Shown in pieces: positions 47,001 to 60,600 of a stretch of 64,000 nucleotides of DNA. Made by a program: the position numbers and the translations under genes. Under the pieces are notes generated by a model. The model ran no database searches. It was not told the origin of the DNA and worked only from the letters and a program-made list of their open reading frames with translations. Each line of letters begins with the position of its first letter. Within the stretch, counting starts at the first letter, position 1. Origin of the DNA: Azolla caroliniana (taxonomy: Eukaryota > Plantae > Polypodiophyta); NCBI GenBank assembly GCA_043228905.1, contig JBHGNT010000014.1:7316001-7380000 (forward strand), in the 5' to 3' direction.

Positions 47001-49803
47001 GTCGGAGGCAAGTACCAAGACGCGGACTCATCAAACACAACGTCGCGGTTCACGCGCGCTTGTTTGGTACGCGGGTTATAACACTTATAACCCTTCTGCT
47101 CGTCCGAATAGCCGACCAAAATACATTTCTTGGCTTTCGCGTCCAACTTCCTCCGTTTCTCCTTCGGCACATGCACATACGCAATGCTACCGAAAACTCT
47201 CAAGTGTCGAAAGTTCGGCTTCGTTCCGAAGTATAGCTCGTGCGCCGACACTTTGTCTCCGATCCGGTTCTGGATGTATACCGCGGTTCGTACTACCTTG
47301 GCCCAATAGAACTTGGGCAAGCTCTTTTCTTCTAGCATTGCCCGCGCCACTTCCACAATCGACCGATTCTTCCTCTCGGTCACGCCATTTTGATCCGGCG
47401 TGTATCTACAACTAAATTCGCGCCGAATTCCCATCTGTTGTAGATAACCGTTGAATTGACAGGAAAACTATTCTTTTCCGCCATCCGACCGCAGGCACTT
47501 GATCTTTCTTCCTGTTTCCATTTCCACGAACCCTTTGAGGTCCTGGAAACAGTTGAAGACTTCGCTTTTCCTCTCAATGAGGTAGATCCACGCGTGCCAT
47601 GTGTAGTCGTCGATGAAGGAGACGAAGTATCGGTTCCCGCCAAGACTAACGTTTTGTGCCGGCCCCCACACATCGGAGTGTATCAAGTCGAGCTTGTTCC
47701 TGCTCCGGTTACACTCATTGGGGAATGGAAGTCGGTGTTGCTTCCCAAGCTGGTAGGTTTCACAAATTTGTGCCTTCCGGCCACTAAATTTGGGCAATCC
47801 GAACACCACTTGTTTCGATTGCAGGTCTTGAAGCCGCTGGTAGTTGACGTGGCCTATCCGCTTGTGCCATAAGTCGATGTCCGACTCGACTTTTTGTCCC
47901 TTCGCAAACATTGCGGTGCCACTGTCAGTAGAGTCGAGGATGAACATCCTCCCATCTCTTCGCCCTTGCGCAATAACACGGCCTTCTTCCTCAATGAAGC
48001 ACCCAAGGTGTGTAAATTGAACCTGCATCTCCTAGTCGACGATCTGCCCGACCGACACCAGATTCTTCGTGATGGTCGGGATGTGTAACACGTTCATGAG
48101 TTTCCCTTTCTGCCCGACATGGCTCAGTGGAACTTCTCCGACATTCGCAATTGGATGCGGAGTGTCGTCTCCGGTTGCGACTACTCCTGGTTGCGTTGGT
48201 TTCTCAAGGTATGAGAACCACTCCTTGTGGCACGTCATGTGGTTTGACGCGCCGGAGTCAACGTACCACACCTCCTCCGACTTCGGGGTGATGTTCTTCA
48301 TTGAGTTTGCTTCATGTCTCGTCACGAAGACTGACCCTTTTCCGGCTTCTCCGGATCCTTCGGCGTAGTGCGATCGCTGCCGGTTTCCTTTGTCGGTATG
48401 TCCTGAACCAGTCCTCTCCGACTCGGCGTGCTTTTTCTAGCACTCGCTCTCCTTGTGGCCTTTCTTGCCACAATACCAGCATTCCGCGGCGGACTTCCCT
48501 TGCCGATTCTTCTCGCCTTGGCTCCCCCTATTTCTGGAGGGTCCGGAATTGCTGTCGGCATCACTTCGGTGCCTTCTTCCTTGATCCAGTCGGCTGCCTC
48601 CATTGCGTACCGACTCGCCTCATCCGCCACGACCATGAGGCCTTTCTCCCTCCATGTACAACATCTTGATGTCGGTGTGCGTGCTCGTTGACGCACCCGC
48701 ATGGTTCTCCTCTACCAGGAGCATCGACTGTAAGTCGAAAAAGGACGGCATATTCTCCCGAGTACACAAAACAGTTCAGAACGCCCCGAACTTCGATGCC
48801 AAACCCCCGAGACAGACCTGGACCATCTTGCTTTCCTCGATGTTCACATCGATGGAAGCCAAGGAGTCGCATATGTCCTTAATCCTCGAGGTATTGTCAG
48901 CCACCGACAAATCACGTTGTCGTAGATTGCTCAACTCCTGTCGAAGCTGAAGCTTCCTGGCTGTGGTGCTCGCGGCGAAGATCGTCTTCAGATTTTCCCA
49001 CGCACCCTTCGGTGTTTTTGCATCCCGAACGTAGCTTAGCAGCTGTTCACCCACACAAGACACGAAACAGTACAACACTCTACTCGTCGATTGTTCCCAT
49101 GCCGGGAAGTCTTTGTGTGTCGAATCGGGTGCTATGTCATTTGCTCCATCAACATAGCTCCAGTAACCGTGTCCGAGCAGGTACTGGTGCATCTTGTAGG
49201 ACCAAGATGCGTAGTAGGTTCTGTCGAGCTTCTCCATTGGAAGTGAGCTAGCCATTCCTCTATCCATCGGTTTTCTTGTTCTTCTTCGTTGGTTTTTCCT
49301 TCAAGCAAAGTTGGCTGCAGAGGTTCTCAACCCTTGCGCTCTTATACCATGAAAAGAATGGTGTGCGGAATCAATATAGGAAATCCGAACAACAGAAAAT
49401 GCAGGTTTAATGGAAAGCTTAGGTTTGCACAGTACACACGGGAGAGACAGAGAGAGAGTAAACACTAGAACTTAATTAAAAAATATAATACTCAATCTGT
49501 ACAGAGGATGTGCTCAGTGAGCACTTTTATACAAGCCCTGACAACCGGGCTAGCACAAGTACTAACAGTACTTGACTGCTCATAAATGAGCCTCGACTCT
49601 TACTCCCAAAACTATTCCTTATGAGGAATATCTTTCTAACGGCCTTTCGGTTTACGCACCGATACGGCCTTCCTACGCACCGGTTTGCGTACCGTTTTAC
49701 GGATCCGTTTTACGCATCGGTCCGGCCTAACCGATCGGTCCCAACCGATCCGGTCCTCGGCTTGCTCAGCCGATCCGGCCGATGTTGAGCTTGTCTCTCA
49801 ACA
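44042..49803 (-). mobile_element. Ty1/copia element E (B family), full length with stops
   Basis: LTRs 44042-44528 (58-bp internal duplication) and 49350-49803. TSD aattt/aagtt. Gag MDRGMASSLPMEKLDR and PR/INT/RT/RH ORF fragments. Confidence 0.93.
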
Positions 49804-50657
49804 AAGTTGGATAAATATAAATACATCTAGGGCAAACTTTATGTGAAAGGTTGTATCATTATAGTTGTCATATACTTAGAGAAGGTCGTTGCCTCTGTAA
49901 CCGTGAAGAGGGAGTGTGTGAGTGTAACTCTATAGCCGTTAATTGATGAAGAAGAGTTCAAGGTCGTTGCCTTGAATCCCTTGTTGTACTCCTCCCCTTA
50001 TAGTGATATGTTTGGAGTTTGTGAACTCCATGTGGTTTTTCCCGATTCGGGTTTTCCATGTTAAATCTTGTGTCTCTATACTTGTGATTTCTGCCTTCTC
50101 GTTTTTCTGTCTGTGCAATATCTTTCTTGATCTTTGCACCTAAATATTCGATAGTGAAACCGGTTGTGGCCGGTCACGATCTAACAAAGTGGTATCAGAG
50201 CGATGGACGAACATTTCAGTGTAATGTTCAAGTTAACCGGCTCCAACAACTCACTATGGAAGTCGAAGATGCGAGATATGCTCATGTGCAAAAACTTGTG
50301 ATTGTCAGTGCAATACGCCAAGACGAAGCCAGACAAGATCGATGCATCGACTTGGGAAGTCATGCATCTGAAGTCGGTTGCATATATAAGGTGTTTTATA
50401 GACATTAGTCTAAACAACAACTTTGATGAAGAGACGAGGGCCAACGTCCTCTGGAAGAAGATTGGCGTGATGTTCGAAAACAAGAATGTCGTGAACAGAG
50501 TCTCTGTTTTCAGAAAAATCTTGAGACTCCGATATCAAGACGACTCTAGCATGGCGGAGCATATTAATGTCTTCCAAGGACTGATGAATCAAACCACCAC
50601 TCTAGAAGTACCCCTTGCCGACGAGGTATTGGCGTTATTGTTGTTGGGATCCCTTCC

Positions 50658-51100
50658 TGTTGAGATATCAAGCTCAACTAGTTTAATCTAGTTAGTCAAC
50701 ACATGTAACTTAGTAGTTACGTAGATCGAATCTAGTTAATGTGTTGACCTTAAGCCTTTAAATAGGACCTTGTACTTAAGTGGGATATTCTATATCCTCC
50801 ACTCCTTAGTACATTTAATGTAGGACTTACACATAACTACCTATGTTCTACCCACACATGTGCACCTTTGCACATGGGTTGTATATATACCTCATTGTGG
50901 GTATTTTTGTACGTTGATGACACTTTTCAATATAGTCAATCATCCCCCATTTATCTTCGTGCTCATAAGTGTAACTTCCTCTCTCTCTCTCTCTTCCTCT
51001 CGCACACTCTCACGCACATATCATACTAATCTTCCGCTCCTTAACGTAACCATATAATTAGTCTCTAATTAACCCTAGTTAATTACCTAATTACTTAACA
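50658..51100 (+). mobile_element. Solo LTR
   Basis: TGTTGAG...TTAACA with a perfect TSD CTTCC, interrupting F gag at GSLP. Confidence 0.9.
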
Positions 51101-51202
51101 CTTCCAAACAGTTGGGAGACGCTCGTTGTCACATTGGGCAATGCCGAACCGGAAGGGAAACATCTATCCCTAGAGGAGGTGAAGTCGAGCTTACTAAACG
51201 AG

Positions 51203-54200
51203 TGTAAAAAGTAACGTGCGGAAGCAAGTATGAAGACCGAACAGAAGGAAGAAAACTCAGGTTTAATGGAGAGCTTGAGCTTACGCAGTATACTCAGGAG
51301 AGACAGAGAGAGTGAGAGAGAGAAAACACAAGAACTATATTCAACCTCTATTCACGACTCTATACATATGTGTGTTCAATGAACACTTTTATACAAGTCC
51401 TAGAAGGATTGACTGAAGTACTGACAGTACTTCAATGCTCATTGAGAGCTCCTACACTAACTCCCAAATATATTCCTCACGGAATATCTTTCCTAACGGC
51501 CTCCCGGTTTACGCACTCGGCCTAACCGATCAGTCCCAACCGATCCGGTCCTCGGCTTCTTCAGTCGATCCGGCCGATGTTGAGCTTGTCTCTCAACACT
51601 CCCCCTCAAGCTCAACTTGAGGCTCTTCGGGATCTTGGGGCTCACAGCTCCGGTTCCTCCTGGCTTCACGCCTCGCTCACGCTCCAAGGCTTGTTTGACT
51701 CCACGCGCTTCGACCCTTCCGGTCGGCTTGTCTGCTCATGTGGCCCTTATCAGGTCTTCTGCAGTTGCGGTGTTGACGCTTCTCCTACTGCCTTTTCTTC
51801 CACTTGGGCCTTGGTTGATTCAACGTATCTGAATCAAACATCTGAACCGGCTCGGCTACCTCCGATCGGTTTTTGCTCTCGTCCGAGTTGGCTGTCTCCA
51901 ACTCGTCTTCGGTCTTCTCGCCCCCGGTGGCGTCATCTTCCCCATGCGTGGTTGGCTTCGGCTCTCTCCTTCGGTTGCTCCCCTTCTGTCCGCTTCCGAA
52001 CTTTTCCGCGGGTCTACCCTCGGCTTCTTTAGCCGATCCGAAGTCCAACTTGACAACCGATTCAACCGACTCGGTGTTGCGGTCTCCGCTCCTTTCCTGC
52101 TGCCTTGCTTGGTCGTTCAGGACTGTTCTCCCTATCAAGTTTGGCACGTCGAGGTGACGCAATCCGAGCGCACCTGAGAATTGCCGCAACTTGTCCAGAC
52201 CAAGAGGCTTGGTGAAGATGTCGGCAGTTTGCCGATCCGTCGGAACGTACTGAAGTTCGAGTTCACCAGAAAGGACACGCTCACGGACGAAATGGTAGTG
52301 CACCTCAATGTGCTTGTTCTGTGCGTGGAAAACGGGGTTTTTCGCGAGCTGGATGCCGCTGAGGTTGTCGTAGTAGATCGTCGTCAGATCGGACACCTCC
52401 TCTTGTAGGTCCTTACGTAGCCGCTTCAACCATATGGCTTCGCATGTCACGACAGCCGCTCCTCGGTACTCAGCTTCGGTGCTCGACAGTGCAACTGTCG
52501 GCTGCTTCTTACTGCTCCACGCGATCGCGGCACTCCCGAGGGAGAACACGTATCCAGACGTGGATCGACAATCGGCGGCGTTGCCAGCTCAATCAGCATC
52601 GGTGTAGCCGACTAACCGCACGGTTGCACTGGTCCGATATAGCAGTCCCCGGTCCTGTCCTTAGTGTCGTTGACATACCGAAGTATGCATTGCGCACACT
52701 GGAGGTGCTCCTCGGTAGGTCGCGCCATGAACTGACTGATCATTCCGACCGGATAACTGAGGTCGGGTCGGGTGATGGTCAAGTATATGAGGCTTCCGAC
52801 AATTTGTCGGAACCTCGTCGGGTCGCATACCTTTCCCGTATCGGGACGAAGCTTGACGGTTCTGTCCAGAGGAGTCGAGACTGACTTACAGTCGGCCATC
52901 CCGAATTTGAAGAGCATACTCAGCACGTAATGACGTTGGCTGATCAATATGCCTTCGGGGGTACGGATCACTTCGATCCCGAGGAAGTAATGAAGGTCCC
53001 CCAGATCCTTCATGTCGAACGATGCCGCAAGCTAGAGCTTCACGCGGTCAATTTCACCTAGGTCGGCGCCGGTGATGACCAAGTCATCAACATATAGTAA
53101 AAGACTAACAGGTCCGAGTCGACCTTTCCGGATGAACAGGGAAGAGTTCGATTTTGACGTGACGAAGCCCATCCGACGCAGTTGTTGCGTGATCTTCGCG
53201 TTCCAGGCACGCGGGGCTTGCTTCAGTCCGTAAAGGGACTTCTTCAGTAGGAATACTGCCAAGGAGTTCGTTCCAGAGTGAAATCTGGGGGGTTGTACCA
53301 TGTACACCTGTTCCTCAAGGTCACCTTACAGGAATGCATTCTTTACATCCATCTAATGTAAGTGCCACCCCTTCACGGCAGCTAAGTCCCAGGTCTCGTT
53401 CTCTGCCAATGTGTGCATCTCTTCCTCCATCGCGGCGCGCCAATTCGCGTCCTTCGCCGCTTCTGCATAGCTCTCCGGCTCAGGCACTTCCGCTACACGG
53501 GTCATGTACGCATAATGATGCGCCATGTACTCGTTGTATCCGAACCGCAAGACAGGATTCTTCTAGCGGGCAGATCGGCGTAATCTCACATTAGCCGATG
53601 TCGAGGCCTTCACGGTCGACGCGGACTTCACCTTTAAAGACCCGTCACTGGTTCCCTCAGAGTCGGACTCGCTTCGGTCTGACTCGTTCCTATCCGTGCC
53701 GGAATCCGACACCTTCTTCTTCCCTTTCTCTTTGCGCGTAAGCCGTCTACTCGGCTTCCTACGCGGGGCGGGGAATGCACAGTCGAGTCTCCACTACTCG
53801 CCGGCTTTTCATCGGACTGGTCGTACCGACTCAGTCGTCCAATCGGTCCACTCGGTCCACTTAAACAGAGTGAAATCGGACTCTCTTCGCGGGTCTCGAT
53901 TTCGGGCTCATCCGGAGGCATCTTGGCCTCTCTGACCTCATCGTCAGAGCTCGGATTGGAGTCGGGGTTCGGAGTCGGGGGCTGGTACCAGGACGCGGAC
54001 TCGTCAAACATAACGTCGCGGCTGACACGCGCTTGTTTGGTGCGAGGGTTATAGCACTTATAACCCTTCTGCTCGTCCGAGTAACCGACCAAGATGCATT
54101 TCTCGGCCTTTGCGTCTAGCTTCCTCCTTTTCTCCTTCGGTACATGCACATACGCAATGCTACCGAACACCCTCAAGTGCCGCATGTTCGGCTTCGTTCC

Positions 54201-56711
54201 GAAATATAGCTCATGCACCGACACTTTGTCTCTGATCCGGTTCTGGATGTATACCGTGGTCCTTACCGCCTCGGCCCAGTAGAACTTGGGCAAGCTCTTC
54301 TCCTCCAGCATTGCCCGTGCCGCTTCCACAATCGACCGATTCTTCCTCTCGGCCACGCCGTTCTGCTCCGGCGTGTATCTACAACTGAATTCGCGGCGAA
54401 ATCCCATTTGTTGTAGGTAACCGTTGAATTGACCGGAAAAGTACTCTTTCCCGCCATCCGACCGCAGGCACTTGATCTTTCGTCCCGTTTCCGTTTCCAC
54501 GAACCCTTTGAGGTCCCAGAAACAGTCGAAGACTTCGCTCTTCCTCTCAATGAGGTAGATCCACGTGTGTCGCGTGTGGTCGTCGATGAAGGAGACGAAA
54601 TATCGGCTCCCGCCAAGACTAACGTTTTGTGCCGGCCCCCATATATCGGAGTGTATAAGGTCGAGCTTGTTCCGGCTCCGGTTTCGCTCGTTGGGGAAGG
54701 GAAGTCGGTGTTACTTCCCGAGCTAGCAGGCTTCACAAATTTGTGCCTTTCGGCCACTAAATTTGGGCAATCCGAACACTACCTGTTTCGTTTGCAGATC
54801 TTGAAGCCGCTGGTAGTTGACGTGGCCTATCCGCTTGTGCCACAAGTCAATGTTCGACTCGGATTTTTGTCCCTTCGCGAACATTGCGGTGCCGCCGTCA
54901 GTGGAGTCGAGGATGAACATCCTCCCGTCTCTGCGTCCATGCGCAATCACACGGCCTTCTTCCTCAATGAAGCACCCGAGGTGTGTAAACCGAACCTCCA
55001 TCCCTTGGTCGACGATCTGTCCGACCGAGACCAAGTTCTTCGTGATTGTCGGAACGTGCGGCACGTTCATGGTTTCCCTTTCTGCTTGACATGGCTAAGG
55101 GGAACTTCTCCGACATTCGCGATCAGATGCGGAGTGTCGTCTCTCCAGTTGCGACTACTCCAGGTTGTATCGGTTTTTCTAGGTACGAGAACCACTCCTT
55201 ATGGCTCGTCATGTGGTTTGACGCGCTGGAGTCTACGTACCACACCTCGTCCGATCTCGGGGTGCTCTGTTTCATTGAGTTTGCTTCGTGTCTCGTCACG
55301 AAGGCAGACCCTTCTCTGGCTCTCCCGGAGTCTTTGGCGTAGTGCGATCGCTGCCGATTTCCCTTGTCGGTATGTCCGGAGCCGTTTCCGGAACCGGTTC
55401 TCTCCGAATCGGCGGGCTTCTTCCAGCACTCACTTTCCCTATGGCCTTTCTTGCCACAGTACCAGCACTCCGCAATGACCTTCCCTTGCTGGTTCTCATC
55501 GCTTCGACTCCCCCTGTTTTCGGAGGGTCCGGAGTTGCTGTCGGCATCACTTCGGTGCCTTCTTCCTTGATCTCGTCGGCCGCCTCCATTGCGCGCCGAC
55601 TCGCCTCGTCCTCCACGTCCACGGGGCCTATCTCCCTCCGTGTACAACATTCTGCTGTCGATGTGCGTGCTTGTAGACGCACCCGCGTGGTTCTCCTCTA
55701 CCAGGAGCATTGACTGTAAGTCGAAAAAGGACAGCGTATTCTCCCGGGTACACACAGCCGTTCGGAACACTCCGAACTTCGACACCAAACCTCTGAGACA
55801 GATCTGGACCATCTCGCTCTCCTCGATGTTCACCTCTATGGAGGCGAGGGAGTCGCAGATATCCTTGATCTTCGAGGTATAGTCTGCCACTGACAAGTTG
55901 CGTTGTCGTAGGTTGTTCAACTCCTGTCGGAGCTGAAGCTTCCTGGTTGTGGTGCTCGCGGCGAAAATCTTCTTCAGATTTTCCCACGCACCCTTCGGCG
56001 TCTTTGCATCCCGAACATAGCTCAATAGCTATTCGCCCACACACGACGCGAAGCAGTATAATACCATGCTCGCTGATTGCTCCCACGACGGGAAGTCTCT
56101 GTGTGTCGATTCGGGTGCCGCGTCATTAGCTCCTTCGACATAACTCCAGTAGCCGTGCCCGAGCAGGTACTGGTGCCCGAGCAGGTACGCGTAGTTGGTT
56201 CTGTCGAGCTTCTCTGTTGGAAGCGAGCTCGCCATGCCTCTATCCATCGTTCTTCTTGTTCTTCTTCGTCAAGCTGTGTCGGCTGCAGAGAGGTTCTCAA
56301 CCCTCGCGCTCTGATACCATGTAAAAAGTAACGTGCGGAAGCAAGTATGAAGACCGAACAAAAGGAAGAAAACTCAGGTTTAATGGAGAGCTTGAGCTTA
56401 CGCAGTATACTCAGGAGAGACAGAGAGAGTGAGAGAGAGAAAACACAAGAACTATATTCAACCTCTATTCACGACTCTATACATATGTGTGTTCAATGAA
56501 CACTTTTATACAAGTCCTAGAAGGACTGACTGAAGTACTGACAGTACTTCAATGCTCATTGAGAGCTCCTACACTAACTCCCAAATATATTCCTCACGGA
56601 ATATCTTTCCTAACAGCCTCCCGGTTTACGCACTCGGCCTAACCGATCAGTCCCAACCGATCCGGTCCTCGGCTTCTTCAGCCGATCCGGCCGATGTTGA
56701 GCTTGTCTCTC
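51203..56711 (-). mobile_element. Ty1/copia element G (B family) with an internal RT deletion
   Basis: LTRs 51203-51598 and 56320-56711 (last bases deleted). TSD remnant (A)CGAG and PBS at 56308-56319. Gag with CWYCGKKGHRESEC. The RT junction TWDL|AAVKGWHLH shows the deletion. Confidence 0.93.
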
Positions 56712-56793
56712 GAGGAAGCTCACCTAAAGGACCGAGAGTCCATTACCGACCCCAAGTCCTAAGTCACGGAAAGTGACACAAATCGAGGAAGAA

Positions 56794-57471
56794 CAAAATT
56801 GTTTTGACTTCAAATTCTGGGACATCAACAAGTTGAATTGGAGGTGGGGGTAGAACAACCCGATCTAGAATGGAAATACCAATGTAGGGTTCCAACAATA
56901 AGACATGAAATACCGGATGTAGATGCATGTATGGAGGTAGATCAAGGCGGAATGGACCATCATTAATCTGATTGGAGATGATAAATAAACCAAGTCGTTG
57001 ATAATCCAACTTGTCACAAGGTCTAGTAGTCTTCACATTACGTCGTAGTAACCATACACGATCCCCAATTCGAAACTTCGGTTCCTTTGGTGAAGAGTCT
57101 AGACGGCGATGATTTACGACTTCTTTTTGAGTGGCTTGAGCATTCTGCAAATGTTGAGAAAGTGCAACATGAACGTCTTGGAGTTGACGTAGACGATCTT
57201 CAACAACAGGATTTTTCGAGATTTCTAGATGTGCCATCATTGTCCAACGAGGATGATATCCTGTGTTTGCAAAAAATGGAGTATATCCTATTGTAGAATG
57301 AACTGAATTATTGTATGCAAACTCTGCAAAGTGCAAAAAATCCACCCAATCATCCTGTTGGTAATTGATGAAACACCGAAGATATTGCTCTAATGTTTGA
57401 TTCGTCCGCTCGGTTTGACCGTCGCTTTGTGGATGATAGCTTGACGAAAGTTTACAAGAGATTTTGAGCAT
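56794..57471 (-). mobile_element. Chromovirus (Tcn1-like) gypsy integrase C-terminus and start of chromodomain
   Basis: YHPQSDGQTERTNQTLEQYLRCFINYQQDDW...AEFAYNN...HPVFHV..LEPY...PPPPI...EFEVKTIL. Confidence 0.85.
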
Positions 57472-57692
57472 TGTTACCTATAGGAGTATACAGGGAGGCG
57501 TAAAGGGTAAAACACGTTAAAGGGGTTGTCATATTTGTGTAATGTATACAAGTGTGAGTGAGGATAAATGTGTGTGAACACATGCACAATTATGTGCATG
57601 TGACAAGAATGTAACGGTCTTCTTTTTGTAACGGTCATATTATTAACCGTTACATTATGTACTATGTAAACCCCTTATGGGGCATGTAATGT

Positions 57693-60600
57693 TGTGGAGA
57701 GTCAAACTCAACTTCCCATAGTAATAGGTTTCACACTAGCTCATGGTTATACCAGGCTAGTTTTGTAAATAATACAAACGGCACCTGCCCTAGTTTAATT
57801 GGTATTTAAACCAACCCCTTGTAACTTAGTTACTATTGGAAGTATTTTGGTTAATGAAACATACAATCGTTTATCTCTGTTTTAAGCTCTCTCTCTCTCT
57901 CTCTCTCTCTCCGTTTTGCCTTACATACACACACAATCCTTCCGCTGCATCTCAGCCTCTCTTGCTCCTCATTCCTTTACATGGTATCAGAGCGTGTGAT
58001 TGCTTAATTGAATCTATTCAACTATGTTGTGGTACACGCCAACGATCAACAGAACCGACTCATCAACAGAGAAGAAATCGACATGATGAACACTCAGATG
58101 GGAAGCGCTCTTCCTACCGAGAAGGTCGACAGAATGAATTTCGCATCTTGGGAATACAAGATGCATCAATACCTTGTCGGACAAGGTTACTGGAGCTACA
58201 TTGAAGGAGCTCACGAAACTCAACCCAACCCAACACACGCCGACTATCCTGCTTGGGAGCAGGCCGCAAGCCGTGTGTTGTATTGCCTTGCATCATGCGT
58301 TCAAGATCATATGCTTGGCTATATTCGAGATTTGAAAACACCGAAAGAAGCTTGGGGAAATCTCAAGAAGATTTTTGCAGCCAACACGGTTGCACGAAAG
58401 CTCCAACTTCGACAGGAGCTAAATAACATGCAGCAGAGGGACATGTCGATCACAGGCTATACCTTAAAGATCAAGGAGTTGTGTTATGCCCTCGGTTCGA
58501 TTAATGTCATAATCGATGATGATGAGATGGTGCAAATATGCCTCGATGGCTTAGCACCTCGATTTGGCTCGATTAGATTGGCCATCCTTGCAAGGGAGAA
58601 CCCTCCTTCATTTTTCGATCTCCAATCAATATTGTTGGTTGAGGAAAATCACGCCCGACAAAGGAGCAACGCACCAGAGGGTCATATGCTCTACTCTCAG
58701 TCGGATGATAGAAGAAATTTCAACCGTGGAAATAGAGGTCGGTCCGAACAAGGTCGTAATGGTCGGTAAACTCCAGAGCGTAACTCCCACCAATGGCAAG
58801 CGGATAGGAACGGTCCTAGAGAGTTCGGCACAAGGGGGAGTCATCACCCCGGACCGAGCAATCGTAACAACCCGATCGAATGCGGGTACTATGGAAGACA
58901 CGACACGACCACTATGAAGAGGAGTGCCAGAAAAAGGTACAAGACTTGGCTTCAACTAGCCAACAACTCACGAACTACACATCGAACTCCGACTACGACA
59001 ATCGTAGCGGAATGTTCACGAATTACGCATCAAATTCCGACTACGACGATCGTAGTGGAATGTTTACAAATTACGCCATGAATTCTGACTATGGTGATCG
59101 TGGCGGAATGTTCGTAATGAGGCACAAAGCACACTCGATGTCAGCACGGGCCTCAACTAGTGTCTCCACCTCATATAACGTATGGTTTGTTGACTCGGGA
59201 GCATCTAACTACATGACGTCTCATGAAGATTGGTTTTGGGAATTACGAAAACCCGAACAACCCGGATTTGTCGAGATAGACGATGGCACGATTCATCCAA
59301 TACAACATATCGAGAACGTGCCATTCGGAAACAACAACAAACAAACCTATCTCAAGAACGTATTGCATGTCACTGTCATCACGAAAAACCTAGTCTCAGT
59401 CGGCTAGATTGTCGAACAAGGAATGCAGGTACGATTCAACAACGACAGGTGCTTCATCGAAAGGGGCAGACAAGTCGTAGCCCACGGTCGATGAGAAGGT
59501 TGTATGTTTATCCTCGAATCAAACAAGGTAAAGTCAGCCATGTTCGAAAACCTTAAAGTCGAAACCGACATAAATCTGTGGCACAAGAGAATCGGCCACA
59601 TCAATATCCAAAAAATCCAGAACATGCAATCGAAAGGGTCGTAATCAAACTCCTGAATTTTACCGCGAAGGAGATTACGGGCGTATGCGAAGCGTGCTAG
59701 TTCGGAAAGCAACGTCAACATCCATTCCCAAAAGAGCGGAATGTGAGCAAAGGGATCCTAGATGTCGTACATTTGGATGTATGGGGACTGGCCTAGACAA
59801 GCACACTTGGCGGATGCCGATATTACGTCACGTTCATCGACGACTTCTCCAAGCACACCTGGATCTACCCGATGAGACAGAAGAATGAAATGTTCGGACA
59901 CTTCTAGAGGTTCAAGGACGAAGTTGAAAAAACTATGGGTCAGCACATACGCTGCCTTCGATCGGATGGAGGCAAAGAATATTTTTCGGAGTTTACGGCG
60001 TATCTCCGAAAGGAAGGAATCAGACGAGAATTCTCATGCCGTCACACACCTCAGCAAAACGGCGTAGCTGAGCGTAAAAACTGACACATAGTAGAAGTCG
60101 CTAGGGCTATGATGAATGAGAAGAACCTGCCGAAATTGTACTGGGCAGAAGTGGCGAACACGGCTGTATAGCTCATGAATAAATGCACAACCTCGGGAGT
60201 ACACGACGTAACTCCTCATGAGAAGTTCTTTGGAAAGAAGTCAGACTTATCACATGTCCGCATTTTCAGCGCAATCGCTTACATACATATTCCCGACAAT
60301 ACGCGACAAAAGCTCGACCCAAAGTCAGAGAAATGTATCCTCGTAGGATACTCACTCGAACAGAAGGGGTACAAATGCTACAACCCATCTACCTAAAAAG
60401 CTCGCATAAGTCGAGATGTCGTTTTCGACGAGTACGCATCTTGGTACGCACCAGAAACAACTTTGAATCTGACTCCGCTCGACCCGGAATCCGCCGAAAT
60501 GGAGATAGAAGATGAAGATCAGCTCACGCGCATGTTTATAGAAAGCCCAGTTACGACATGACTTAGTAGACCATAGGAGCCCCCGAGTGACCAAAGCACA

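Larger units (their letters stand above)
43860..56793 (+). mobile_element. 5' part of Tork-like copia element F (5' LTR and gag), interrupted three times
   Basis: LTR 43860-44041 plus 49809-50186, PBS TGGTATCAGAGC at 50190-50201. Gag homologous to D at 50203-50657, 51106-51202 and 56711-56793. Confidence 0.85.

Noticed and set aside
54429-55478. Recurrent plus-strand ORFs antisense to copia integrase (also 9722-10417, 31855-32316, 47456-47872)
   Set aside because: Similarity follows from homology of the sense pol genes; no independent evidence of coding.
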